This document shows, piece by piece, positions 51,566 to 64,000 of a stretch of 64,000 nucleotides of DNA. The notes under the pieces were generated by a model, which searched no databases, had not been told where the DNA came from, and worked only from the letters and a program-made list of their open reading frames with translations. How positions within the stretch are numbered: position 1 is the first letter of the stretch; each line of letters opens with the position of its first letter. A program made the translations under genes and the position numbers. Source of the stretch: Pocillopora damicornis (taxonomy: Eukaryota); contig NW_020847681.1 in assembly GCF_003704095.1 (NCBI RefSeq), forward strand, positions 310,001-374,000. The letters run 5' to 3'.

Positions 51566-52284
51566 AACATCAGTATTTACAATTGAATGTGAATGTTGAT
51601 GGGATCAGCAATGGAATATGCCTGCTTGACCTCAGACAATAACTAAGTGTACAAGGGTGGGTATGATCAAACTTTGTCCGCCCTAAAAGCAAGGGTGGGC
51701 ATGTGATCCCTTGGTGTAGTTTAGAGTCTCTGTCGCCATACAGAGTGATGAATTGGTTGTCGGAGTAGGTTTCCAAGGTAACGGATGGAGCTCTGAAGCC
51801 AAGTCTGCATTTTTAGATATGCCCCACAAACAGATATTCAAATCCACTGGGCAACTCCTTCCTATGACTGATTTCAGGAATATGTAAACTTTGCCCCCTT
51901 TGTGCAGTAACTGAAGCTAGAAACATAAACTTCAAGGTGAGTGATTTTAAGACAAGTTTCTCTGTTGGCGCGAGTGAGGATAGATGAGCCATGACAGGCT
52001 GTACATCCCAAGTGGACAGGTTATGAGCAGTTGGTGGGGAGTGTTTGTAGATACCTTTCATAAACCTGGAGACCAATTGGTGACTGCAAATGGCAATGGT
52101 ATACTTATGGTACTGTAACTGCTGAAATGGCACTCCTGGCACTGTTGATGGAAAGAAAGAAATTCCTTGTTATGAATGGCCGGCAAGGAAATCTAAAACA
52201 GCTGTCACAGGTGGGTCCTAGAGATTAGCTTTCCATTTATGGCAAAAGTCAATTTGCTTTTATTGTTTTTGCATTCCATTAGAC

Positions 52285-52430
52285 TAGGCCCTAGTTTTCT
52301 GAAGGGTAGATAATGCTATCCACTGGACACACTCTCTCCAGTCGATAGGGGCAGTATATTTCCTCTCATCAGCTGGAAAGCAGTTTATCCATTGAATAGC
52401 GTTATCCACACTTAGAATAACTGGATCCAG
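52285..52430. mobile_element. Degenerate palindromic MITE
   Basis: Imperfect inverted ends (ggccctagtt..gataatgctatcca / atagcgttatcca..aactggatcc). Confidence 0.5.
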
Positions 52431-52905
52431 GACTTGAGGATGATGGCCATAGCTTTGTATGAAAGGTATCTCTGCTGCTGGCTTTCCCTGATTGCTTGCA
52501 AGCCATCAATCAACTGTTTTGGAAGAGGATGCAACACATAGAAGTGTGATTGTGTTATTAAATGGTTCAACTGAGAAAGAAGAACTGGGTTGTCTACAAA
52601 CAGGTGGAGAAAGGGGATGAATTGGGGTTGTGTTTGTCAAACAGGCATGAGAAGTATACCAGTTGGTATTCCATTTTTTGCGGGTACAATGATCTCACAT
52701 AGAAAGGGGAAAAGCATAGAACTAATATTCTTTCCATCTAACTGAAAATGAATTAACATATTTCGCACCTGGATCTGGTTTGCATGACACATACCTGGAA
52801 ATTTTAAAATAACTTAAGTTTGGATGTAGATATAATCCTTGAAATGGACCTTATAATTTTTCTTAGTCTGCAAAAACTTCTGAGTTTAAAGACCCTTCAG
52901 TGAAG

Positions 52906-53834
52906 TTTTTTTTTAAACAATTTTATTTACAAGACGATCACTTACACTACTTACAGCATTAATTACACTTACATTGTACTTGCTACTAACACTACTGATA
53001 CTTATACTTACACAAATTATGCATACACTACATTACGATACATGTATTAATACTATTAACATTAATTTAATTTACGGTTGGCGTGTTTACAAAGTTCTTT
53101 TCAATTAAAAGACAATCACAAGTAAACATACAGGTCTCAAAAATGAAGTTAAGTATAAGTCTAAGCTAAAAACAACAGCAGTATGAAAAATTAAAGTAAA
53201 AAAGCCCACGTGCGATAAAATTTCGGAAGTTCTTTTTTTGCGGTCGCAATCTCTTTTAGGATTTCAAGTTTTCCCGTGATGAACAGTGGGAAGATTTGAA
53301 AATCTAAGATGTCTCCGCAAAGGCTTGTGCAGAAAATGTGATATTTGGCTAACAATAGGCAATAATTTAGGACTTGCCAATGCTTTGTCCTATAATGCCA
53401 GCCATAGAGTATATGACTTGTGGATAACGTTATTGTTTCATTTGTTTTTTGGTGCCACCAGTCTTGAAACAGAATCCAGAAGTCGAGTATTAGTGTGCAG
53501 TTAATTAATAGGTGATGCAACGTTTGTTTTTCTGTATTGCATAGGTTGCATAAGGGGCTCTCTGAAATGCCGTCTCGGTAAAGAGTGGCGCGAGTTGGAA
53601 GCACGTTATGAATCACTTTATACTGAAACATTATTATTTTAACTTCGTTTGTTACTTTAAATGGCATAAGATAAACGTTCTTGATGGTAGTTTTTGTAAA
53701 TCCGTGGCGTAGAATTTTGGTTTCGGCAGTGGGAGGAACAAAGACGGTGTTTAAAAGAGAAGAGTAAATAGAACTGGTTCTTAGGCTGCTTACAGTAGTG
53801 TTCGCGTGTGTGACGTTTGGAATAGGGTTTGAAG
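52906..53834 (-). mobile_element. 5'-truncated L1/Tx1-clade LINE with poly(A) tail and TSD
   Basis: ORF 53191-53667 with zf-RVT motif CNLCNTEKQTLHHLLINC; poly(T) on + at 52906-52914; TSD TTCAGTGAAG at 52896-52905 and 53835-53844. Confidence 0.85.
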
Positions 53835-54399
53835 TTCAGTGAAGTTGTTAATTTGTCTAGAGTCCCAGTCAACATCCACATTAAGGACAAGCACTAAGCC
53901 AGATGTCTCTCTCTGTACACCATAACCAGATTTTTGTGGCCACAGCATTTCATTGTGCAGATTTAATGCCTGCCATGTTATTAATATATATTACTAAAGT
54001 TAAGATGTGAGACTGGATCCTTATGTATGTTTTAAACATGACTGAGTTGGGATCTCAAGCCTGGCAAGTTCTGGGTAGTTGATATGGAAAATTTGTCAAT
54101 CCAAATTCCAAAAGCAACTAGTTTTCTGATCACTATAGACTGCGCGTCAACTTCTAACAGAGGTATCTGTGGTGAGCATCAGGTCAGGTCTCCAGGGACA
54201 ATATAAATAACAAGTGGATTCTATTATGAAACCATCATGTGATAAAAGATCAAAATATACAAGGCATGATAAAATTTATCACAAACTCATTTATAAAATC
54301 TATTTTGAAAAGATATACAGAACCCTTTAGAGTTAAAAACATTCTACACAGTGCTTTAAGAAAAAAAAATTAAAAATAACATGTCTACTTTATCTTTCT

Positions 54400-55250
54400 A
54401 ATCACATTTGCATGGTGCCCTGCTAAAATCAGTGTTGAACTCATGTTTTAATGTTCTGGAACCTCTTACTCATAACACTGCTGATCTTAACAGGTCAAAG
54501 GATAGTCTTGCTCTCAGCCAATGAATAGCAATGCCATAGTTCATCTCCTTCTCGCATAGCTTCAAGACTAGTTCACAGAAAAATTGCTTGGCTTCTCTGC
54601 CATTTCTGCCATGTGGTAAGAACAAAAGAGGGCTGATGGAGCAAATTGCTTGACTTCAAAGACTTGTTGGTTGTGGTTTTGCTTTTTCGCATTCTCATTT
54701 GAGAATGCCATGTCAAATTTCTGGTATGGGTGGCTGTTTGTGAAAGGGTTAAAACTCTGACATCAAAAAATGCATGATGCCCTCCTTGCAATAAACCTCA
54801 CGCATGGACATCCAAATGAGCTTCATCAGAGGAGTTTGGCACTGCTGATTAAAACTTTGCTAGGCAAGGTCTGAAGGTGTGACTTGACCTCAACTTCATG
54901 ACATACATTCCTGAGAAGGGATGCAAACTAGTCTTGCATCTTATCATGCTTCCTATGGATAAATCTGCTTTCATACACAACATTGCATGATCAACATCAA
55001 ATATCTTGCCACAATGACATGTAGATAAGAGATAGGTCAGTGTCCAGCTCTACCTGGGGCTGAGCACATAGTAGAATTCCCTTTTGTTTAGGTCGAAGTT
55101 GACTGACTTTAATGGCAATAATGGTTAGCCATCTCAAGGTGCCCTTCATCATTGCCAGAGCTGCTGTAGGATGTTGTATTCAGTTTTTGTCTGGGTTTGG
55201 CAATCTGTCTCCTCGAGGTCTTAAATTGTTAATCATCCAATGATACTGTG
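54400..55250 (-). mobile_element. CRE-like (restriction-like endonuclease) non-LTR retrotransposon 3' remnant
   Basis: CHCGKIFDVDHAMLC..RKHDK..VCHEVEV..DEAHLDVHA..HAFFDVRV. Confidence 0.65.
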
Positions 55251-56705
55251 CTCTCTTAATTCTTAATATGTTCCAAGAACAATTGTTTTGCATGTTTTCT
55301 GTACAAAGTAATTAATGACCATCCCATGCTTGGACAGTCATTAGCGAAGAGAAAAAAGAGAAATATATATGTAAAGACTTAAGAATTAAAATATTAAAAT
55401 AGTTAGCATCCTTAAAACAACCAATTATATGCAATGGCTTGGCTTGTTATCATAGAATAATTCTCTATATAACCAGGGTTACAGATAGGAATAGTTAAGT
55501 GTCTTCTATTCTCATCTCTCTTCAACTGACTTTGGCAATAAATGATCTGTAGACATGTCCCATTTAGTGAGCAGCAGAGGCTTGATGTTTGGGTTTGAAT
55601 TTTTCCATCAGTTTCTCATGGAAAACAGTGAAGATCAGTTATTCATCCTTGCCAGAGCTTCATAAACTATTTAGAATCTCCAGAATGTAAAATAAAACAA
55701 ATAGTTTATGTGCAGTGGCACAGCACACAGGGTAATAACCATGATGGGGATAATGGGATAATGATAATCTGTAGAAATGATCCTTTACATTTCACAAAGA
55801 TAAACAGGATTAATAAATAACAAATAGTTGAAAGAAATAAAGAAATTGTTAATAGGTTTATTTTAAAATGATACTAGTTGTATATGGTACATATCTACAA
55901 AACTTGCAAGTATACTGAAAATGGATTAATGTCAAATTGAAAGTTTGTCTTGAAAAGCGTGTCTTCAGATTGTGTTCAAAGCAGGAGGGAGTCTTGAGGT
56001 GGTTTTTTTTTTCAAGTGGGAGGAAAAAGCTGGAGCTGCTAAGGAAAATGCTGGTCTTCAAGTGATTTGGGCATCTTGCTATGTGGAATCCAATGTATTT
56101 ATTTGTATGAGGTACCTTACTTACCCTAGAACACTTTGGTTAAATCAGAATGATTAAATTATCTACTGGAAAATACGAGCAAACACTCTATTAATTTTCA
56201 CTTGAAACTCAACACCTTCAATGCCACATAACATGTAATTGTTACCTTGGCAGCAGGTGGCCATCTTGGATTTTAAGACAATGGGTGTGAAAAATCTTGA
56301 ATTATGGGGCAGCAAAAAGGCCGGGACAATTTAGGGCAGTCACCACACTGGTATCCACTTTCCTTTCTCCTACCTTGTTTTGTGCAAACAACATTTCTTC
56401 TGTGGATTCTGTTTCTTTGGAGTTGCAGGGACACTGTCAGGGAAGGGACACCCAGACAATTGGTCAATAGCATTTACTGGAATTAGATCAGCGGTAGCAG
56501 AAGCAAGCAATGCTGGGACTGTTTCTAACTTAACATTCAGCAACATTTCTTCACTGCTGATTTCTTGGGGAGGAGATAAATATAAGAAGAAATCAGCAGC
56601 AAAGAAATGTTGATTTCTTGGGGAGGAGATAAATATATCTTGATATTATTTCAATAGTTTTCTCTTAATTAGGCTGGTAAATATTTCACCACCCACATGT
56701 TACTG

Positions 56706-57105
56706 AAGAAATGTAAAATGGTTTCCATGTTTACATAGCCTGATGTAAACACGCGGGAGGTTGGGAGAACACAAGATAAGCGTAGGAAACCACGACGCAA
56801 AGAGGAGTGGTTTCCAGCTTATTGAGTGTTCTCCCAACCTCCCAAGTGTTTACATCAGGCTATGTAAACATGGAAACCATTTTACATTTCTTTTATAAAA
56901 TAACTAATGAAAGAGCCTCTTCTTGCAATGAAGGAAAGCGACATGCTTGTTCTTCTTCCATTACTGTACTCAAAACAAACTTAAAGAAACTGAGTTACTG
57001 CTAAATAAATAGCAGGGAGAACTCTGTGAGAAGATTCATACATACGGTCATGTAAAATGGTTTTATGGCCAATCAGAGCGGGCGTACTATTTGAATTATT
57101 TTATA
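56706..57105. mobile_element. Foldback/MITE-like element with a ~187-bp near-perfect hairpin (56706-56892)
   Basis: aagaaatgtaaaatggtttccatgtttacatagcctgatgtaaacac.. is mirrored by ..gtgtttacatcaggctatgtaaacatggaaaccattttacatttctt. Confidence 0.75.
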
Positions 57106-59229
57106 AAAGTAGCTCTTGGATAGAATGTCTAAGTAACTCATGTACTTACTGTTTCTCCACTTCAGAGAAAACGCAAATACCAATGTATAATTATATCTGA
57201 AAAAGATTCTTAAAATGTACTTATTTACAGACAAAAACCTTTTAAATAGGAAATTTTAACCTTAATATTAATTGTTTTGTGAAGCACTTATTTCAAGAAT
57301 AACATTTTTAAGTTTTCCACATTTACAAAGTTTTGACCTTGTTTGAACAAACCATCCAGCTTGATATTGATATTTATTGTTCTTTCAGTGCTTGGAGGAT
57401 GGCTTCAATATTATTTGAGAGAACTGATTTATGATAATTTAGTTACAGACATACCATATGAAGGAGATATGTGCCCTTAACTCAAATAATTTAGGCTAAT
57501 TAATCCTGTCTGTCCTTAGCAAAGAATATTAACAAAGAATATTAAATGGAATAAAATTGAATGAGAGGCATTAATAAAACTCTGGTGCTAAAGAAATATA
57601 CTATGTTAGAATGCATTGTAATAAATATATAAGGTACGTTGTTCTTTTCTAGGGTAACATAATAAAAAGGAGCAATGAGGTCAATAACTGTTTCTTTGTT
57701 ATTGAATGAAATAATGTTGAGTGTATTTTAGTTGCATAATTTGTTCTACAGTCCCTGATTATGATCAGTGAAATCTACTGGTCTCCCCAATCCTCTGTGA
57801 GCAACCAGAGATATATTGTAGAGCTAACTGATGGAAAAATTCTTTGTATGAAGTGGGAACATTTATATAGGTCCTTGGTTGCCAAAAAATCTACATATGT
57901 CCACAGCACCCAAAGTGTAAATAATTCACAAACCAACACCACCAAACAATGCCAGACAGTGCACCACAACACATGAATGCATTTAAACATCCTGAAGGAG
58001 TGCAAAGAGGCATTGTGCAATTCAGCAGAAGGGTAGTTGGCAATTGAGTCAAATTCAGGAGTGTTAGAAGTCACCTATAAGATTCATTTCTGAATCTGAA
58101 GACAAAAGCACATATAAACAGCTGAATGCAGATCCAACATGCAATTAGTGTTGCACTCTGGGCCTGGATTAGCATGAATATCACCAGGAGCAACAGATTA
58201 AACTGTAATAAATTATTTCACAATGACAGCTGTTTCTTTGTTTGCTTCATTTTGTTCTTTATCCAGGGTGATTGCTTGTGACAGTTTTCTCATAGATAAT
58301 GAGGATTCTCTTGTTGTTTTTCCAAACCCACACTTGCACAGGATTTAATTTGTAAACACATCCCACAGAGAATTTGTGGGTGTTTGTCAAAGATGTCAAA
58401 TGAAATAGACACTGTGGTGTCCGCTAACACCACTTCACTTAGCTAAAGTTTCCTTGGACCAACAGTAGTTGGTTCTTTCTTCTGTATTAGCTTTCCACAG
58501 AGAGCCATGGTATCTCACTCCTTGTGGCCATTCTATATCTCAAATATGTGATCTTAGATTTTCATGAGTTCAGAGTGCTCATGCAGGTCATATTATTTGC
58601 CACAATTTTCTTCCCATCTTTAGAACAGGCGTAGTATTATGAATAGAAAGCAATTATTGGGGCATACGCTGTTCTTTTTGAGGACATCTTTTGAGATTCT
58701 GAAATGGTTTGGTGACTTAAGAACAATGCTATTAATACCTTAACCTTTTAAAAGTTGTCACTTCAATGGATCAAAGTTATGATTGGTTTCATATATATAC
58801 TTAAGAGAAAGGAAACACAAGCGTTCTGCCCTTGGTTCTAATTGTAAGTTCTTTGTCATGAAGTTTATTTATCAATTACACCACATAATCTTGAACTCTG
58901 ATTGGACAAAACTAACTTTGAATACATCCTTACCCCCTACTTATGAGATAACGGCTATGTTTCACTTGTTTGTTGGCTGAGGATTTTTCATGCTGAAATT
59001 GGACTTTTTCAATCTTTGCAACAGACCTTGTTAATTAGTCGTGAGTGGCACGTTTTAATTGAAGAAAAGTAAAGAGATGATAAATATTTCTTAAATTGCT
59101 CTCCCTTTAGAAGAAGCATTAATACTTAAAATTTTGTAGAGGTATTACAAATAGTCATTATTACTGCATGGCTTGTCTGAGTAATACTCATTTACTATTG
59201 CTCTTTCTGTTGTATTGCAACTGGTATGT

Positions 59230-61050
59230 TTCTGGTAGACATGGTCTAGACAGACTTCCAGCTGACATAAATGTAGCACTTTGTACAACCTGGACATAAT
59301 CATAGGATATCATAAAGTGGTATGATATTATGTTCATTGAAGTAATTGAAGTTAAAGTCACCTAAAACAATATCAACCTAAAAAGTATCAAGAACATGCC
59401 TTAGTCCATCTAAATACTGTTAAGTGTATGAGGTGCTTTTTCTTTTTGTCAAGAGAGATGATTTTTTAATTGGCCAAAGAGTTAAATATAACAATCACTA
59501 TTAGCATAGCAGGAATATACTCCTTTTCTAATGTATTGATATTTTCTTTAGTACAAATAGCAAGACTTGAATGTTTATCAGAGAGGTGGTCCTGGCTATA
59601 GAGTTAATAAGAGTGTAGTGCTCTCTGATAGTTGAGTTGTGTGTTAAAAGTTGAGTTTCTATTAGGATAACACCTCTATGTAAGATATTGCTTTCTTTTA
59701 GACATGTATTGTGCTTGATGTCAACATGAGGAACATATATTTAAGAGACAAACATTAGTGATTTCCATTTGTAGTGGAAGAACTTGCCTAAGCAGTTGTC
59801 GCATTCTGTGATATACTGCTTAGACTTTTAGATTTGCTCTTGCACATTTGTTGTTTTTTTATGAAATTACATGCAATCCAAATTTGTCCATAGTTAAAAT
59901 TAATTTGCCTGTTAAGGTTGAAGCTAAATACAATCTCATTCAGTGTCAAACCCTGAACTTTGTCTACTGTACATGCCCATGCAAGTGAGATAGGGAATTG
60001 TAGTCTCTGTATCTCTGATGAAGTTGACTTTGCTGGACTTACCTTTATTCTGGCTAGTACAGGTGGTATTGGTACAGTTCCATTTTCTGTAGCATATATG
60101 TCTTTACATTTTTCTATAGCTTTCAATCCAGTGTGAGGGTTATCAATTTTTATATAAATTACATATGGTTTATTGGTGTTTTGATAAATAGCTATTTTTT
60201 AATGGTATGAGGATGCCACAGATTGGAAAAATTATTTTTATTTCCATCAAATTCAGGCTTGCTATGGATGGATGGAAGTTAATACAAATCACCAGCAACA
60301 ATAATACTAAGTCCTGTAAATAGCTGGTTAAATGGAGAAGCAAATATTTCTTTCAGTTGTTGGTAGATGTCCAGTGTACAACAGCATAAATATTTCATTA
60401 ATATTTATTAGTGCCATTCTTATGTGTGTTCGCTTTTGGTCTGACATTGGTAGAAGATTTTGATCTGATTCTTTAAGTATTGCATGCCGATGCAGTATGT
60501 GTTGTAGTACTATTAATGTGAATAGCAGCTGCACCTTTAGGTGCTCTTAGCAATACTGTTGGTTTTTTCAGGATAAAAAAATCCATTTCTAAAACTCTTA
60601 TGTAGCAGTGTGATAAATTATCTGACAAAATGAGAATTTCTAACACCTGCACCTCTAGTTATAGACAAATAGATTGGCTGAACTTCAACAAGTTACAAGC
60701 CGTTGATGTTTTTTGCCTTGTCTCTACATCAGACAGTAATTTTTCATATCCTTGACGTTGCTGGGTGTTTAAAGATCTTACTGATTGAAGAAGATCATTA
60801 TCAGATCTGGCTAATAGCTGATTGTAGGCTTTTGTGGCACCTCTATGGGGTTGATCATCTGCTACTGTTTGTGAACCAAGATGCTCATATGGTTGGCTAT
60901 TCAGGTTATCCTGTAGATAATACTCCCTCTTTCATTATTTTGCACTACACATATCGAAACTCTAGGTGTCCTCAAGGTTGGAGGGTCGTTGAACTGATAT
61001 CAACACATTAATCAATGGATGACTGATCAAATATGATTTATTCCACTATT
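59230..61050 (-). mobile_element. Helitron/Helentron remnant: PIF1 helicase followed by an APE-like endonuclease
   Basis: ITRGAGVR (Walker A remnant), KPTVLLRAPKGAAA, RLQFPISLAWACTVDKVQGLTL; downstream IVLGDFN. Confidence 0.75.
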
Positions 61051-61631
61051 GTTCGATAAGGCCGCAAACAATAGTTGCATAACAAAAAATAGGCGCTGTA
61101 AAGGCGCAAGTGACTACTGCTTAGAGGGTAAAAACTACTAAAAGTAGAACTGGTATAAATATGTGGTAATGTGCATAAGAATGCATGCAAGTAGTTGGAA
61201 TGAGGGACTGTTGAGTTTTTATGGAGTAAGGGAGCTGACAGGATTTAATAGATAGTCATTGTAATTTATGATGACCTCTGATTGGGTTATCAGAAATTTT
61301 TTTGCCTGGTTTGCTCCTTTTAAAGTCAAACCTTTTGGCATGCCCCCCTTCCCATCCTAAATAAAATTGTTGTCCTGACATAGAAGAATAATGAAACAAC
61401 AACTTTGTGAGATTTATTTAACACAAGTTGCTATATTGTTATTTTGTATTATCTGTAAGTAACAAGAATAAATCGAATTGAATACATTGGTTTTTGGTTT
61501 CCTTCAACTAGTGTTAACAAGGTCAACAAATAAAACTTAATGAAACACAAATTACAACAGTAATGCACGCAACCAGGTTTTACAGTATGTACTGTGATGT
61601 TAACAAAAATGTTTCTTGAAAAGAAGGAGAG

Positions 61632-62654
61632 TTACATGTTTTTAGCAATCTTCCGTACTGCTTTGGATGTTGTGTTGTACGTGAACTTTACTGTTAGAAG
61701 ATTGAAGAAACTGTCTAAGAGCATTTCCTCAGTTGTTGTTGGCATGAGGCATTTTTTGTTTTGAATGGCAAGTACGTGCTGAATATGCTCCGCAAAAAGT
61801 GTTTTTGCTTTAAGTGGCAATTGTTGCACTCTAAATATGTTGCTGCAGTAGATTGTTCTAGTTTCTTGTTGCACTTAAAGAAAGAGAAATATGAGTTTAT
61901 GGTCGTGATTCCTAATATTTCTCCTTCAATGGTTGTGGGTACAAATTGTGTGGTATCTTGAAACAGATACATGCTGGCCAATTCGAACAGATTTAACAGA
62001 TGAAAGCATGGTTGAAGATTGGCTCTCTGATCTTGAGAAGTCAAGTTGTGGATAATGTTCAACTATAACAGTATCTCCCATCAACATATCATTGGTAGTT
62101 AAAGAGGTGTCCACATTGAACTTTTTAACTTTTATGGGCCTTTTCTTTCCACTGTAATCTACAAAAATCTTGCGCTTTAAAATATATTAAAGTTCACGTG
62201 GCAACCAGGTGGACAATCAGACATAGTTTGATGCTACTCTGGTTTGCAGATTTAATGAATGTAACCGAAGAAGTTACAATTCATAGACCCAACGTTTCGA
62301 CACTCCTGTTTAGTGCCTTCATTAGGGGTGATCTAAATGCTGCAACAAAAGGTCCTTTTATATGAACACTAATTAGCAGCCTTTTTTCTGACGAGGTGTA
62401 AATAGGCTTCAGGAAGCAAACCGCCATCATCACGATTTAAAGGAGCATGGGCAGAGTTAATTTGCCAAGCCTCCAAACAAAGGCAAGAAGCACACTGCTC
62501 TAGTTATTGTCTCGTCTCTTCCTTGTAATTGGCATTCAAAGAAATTTTCATTAGACACAGGAGAAACATTATGTATGTAACCAACAAATTCATTGTTTTG
62601 TGTAGGAGCACTGGTGCTGTTAGTACATGTAGCTGGTTCTGAGTGATGGTCCAT
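61632..62654 (-). pseudogene. RPA-like OB-fold/zinc-finger protein remnant, probably Helitron-associated
   Basis: FVGYIHNVSPV..FFECQLQ and IEGEILGITTINSYFSFFKCNKKL..YLECNNCHLKQK; frameshifted and interrupted. Confidence 0.45.
62260..62380 (-). mobile_element. Penelope-type fragment with degenerate hammerhead motif
   Basis: Minus strand reads cctaatgaaggcactaaacaggagtgtcgaaacgttggg. Confidence 0.55.
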
Positions 62655-62989
62655 GACTGAAAAAGAAAAGAAAGGTTATTAAATTACCTGTAAATAGATT
62701 GACTAGCAATGACTGTCAATGAACAAAAAATTATTGTTGATTAGTGAATATGAATGATATATTAATAAAATCATTTTCAGTATAACAAATCAAATAGTGG
62801 CTATTTACCTGAAAATGACTGAGAGAGGACAGGAAGGGCACAGGGATTGGGACATTATTAAACATCACTAAATTTTTGTAGTTATCATATTATATACTAG
62901 TCTTTTAGTGTTCATGATATTGCATCTAGGTGTGCTTTTATTCTTTTTATAACACACAAAAAGTTTACAGTGAAGTTTTGTTTCTGCAT

Positions 62990-63325
62990 ATATTGATTTG
63001 TGGTCTGAGAAATATGTTTCCAATATGTGTAATTGTGTCTGAGATTCTGGCTAATTTGTATAAATGTGATCTATAGCTGTTTTGTTGTCAGTGGTATACA
63101 AAGACACCAATTGCCTGAAGTTACTCTCTGTAATAAACAGATTATATAGAGGAACTCTATCTGTTTCATTTAACCAGTTAATATTAAAATCTCCAATGAA
63201 AACATTGTACTGTGTAGTTGTATGTAAAAGTACTTGTCTTAATGTGATACACAATTGTGTTATTGGCACTTTAGGTGATCGATATACACCAATAATGGTG
63301 ACATGAGGTAGATACAAATGAGCAC
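62990..63325 (-). mobile_element. APE-like endonuclease C-terminal fragment (Helentron-type)
   Basis: IIGVYRSP..VFIGDFNINW..FRQLV..TTDNKTAIDHIYTN..ETYFSDHK. Confidence 0.65.
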
Positions 63326-63435
63326 TTGTCACTAGGCTACTGGTTGGAATCAGACAGTAACACTCCTATTTCATTCCACTCTCCGTTTTCTGTACGGTTC
63401 CTTGTAAAAAGAACTCCTGTCAAGATGGCAGCCAC

Positions 63436-63891
63436 ATGTGCTTGTGTATGCTCCATAAAGTTGTGTCTGGTTCTCTGCCTTTTCGTCACTTTCAAAGGTT
63501 CACTCACAAGAGTTCCTGGAACAAGACCTTTAGTATAGATAGCGATATCTATTTCGTTTCACAGTCTAACACTGTACTTGCTATTTACTCTTCCTCAGCG
63601 CGTCTCGGCACTCCACAAAGCCACCCTCGAGTGAACTGGTTCTCGAGAATGTATTTGGTTGGTGAACTCCTACAGCGCACGTCGTTGGCCTTAATTTTAA
63701 TTACCCTGGCTGGTGATGTAGAATTGAATCCTGGTTTCTGCCATTTGGTTGATGTTAAGAACACCCCTGGCCTGAAGGTTGCTCACCTAAATGTTTGAAG
63801 TCTACGGAACAAAGTTGATTTTTTATGACTGGAACAATTTGATAACATTGCCATTGATGTTCTTACATTATCAGAGACATGGCTTGATTCT
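63436..63891 (+). mobile_element. LINE ORF2 5' end: 2A-like motif plus start of APE endonuclease
   Basis: LITLAGDVELNPGF..GLKVAHLNV*SLRNKVD..DVLTLSETWLD. Confidence 0.7.
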
Positions 63892-64000
63892 NNNNNNNNN
63901 NNNNNNNNNNNNNNNNNNNNNNNNNNNNNNNNNNNNNNNNNNNNNNNNNNNNNNNNNNNNNNNNNNNNNNNNNNNNNNNNNNNNNNNNNNNATTATGACA

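Larger units (their letters stand above)
51570..54200 (-). mobile_element. Degraded DIRS1-like retrotransposon (RNase H region and tyrosine recombinase), interrupted by a MITE and a LINE
   Basis: HQLVSRFMKGIYKHSPP..TWDVQPV..LTLK..VTAQRGQSLH; KIWLWCTERDIWLSA. The frame DWDSRQINNFTE/GSLNSEVF is restored across the LINE insertion. Confidence 0.7.

Noticed and set aside
56558-56638. 27-bp direct repeat
   Set aside because: Simple local duplication with no further structure.

Overview
Eukaryotic, AT-rich, intron-rich DNA. The repeat families suggest a cnidarian, probably a stony coral; this is an inference. The first ~25.5 kb is a housekeeping block: EIF3J (- strand, 10 exons, one GC-AG intron), HAUS6 (- strand, many exons) and an intronless SDHAF4 (+) head-to-head with HAUS6. 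From ~26 kb to the end it is a graveyard of nested, decayed mobile elements. The most notable is 30.2-43.2 kb: a pseudogenised Maverick/Polinton (adintovirus-like) endogenous element present as a head-to-tail array with a ~5.3 kb period. It carries protein-primed PolB, a packaging ATPase, a block of small hydrophobic ORFs, an internally deleted integrase, an opposite-strand ORF and a penton-like fragment. Also present: Gypsy, DIRS/YR, CR1/L2, L1/Tx1, CRE-like and Helitron/Helentron remnants, several MITEs, Penelope-type hammerhead remnants and 2A-like peptide motifs. Four N-runs of ~100 nt (26070, 31630, 33045, 63892) hide unknown sequence. All translations outside the ORF track were done by eye, and family calls come from motif recognition, not database searches.
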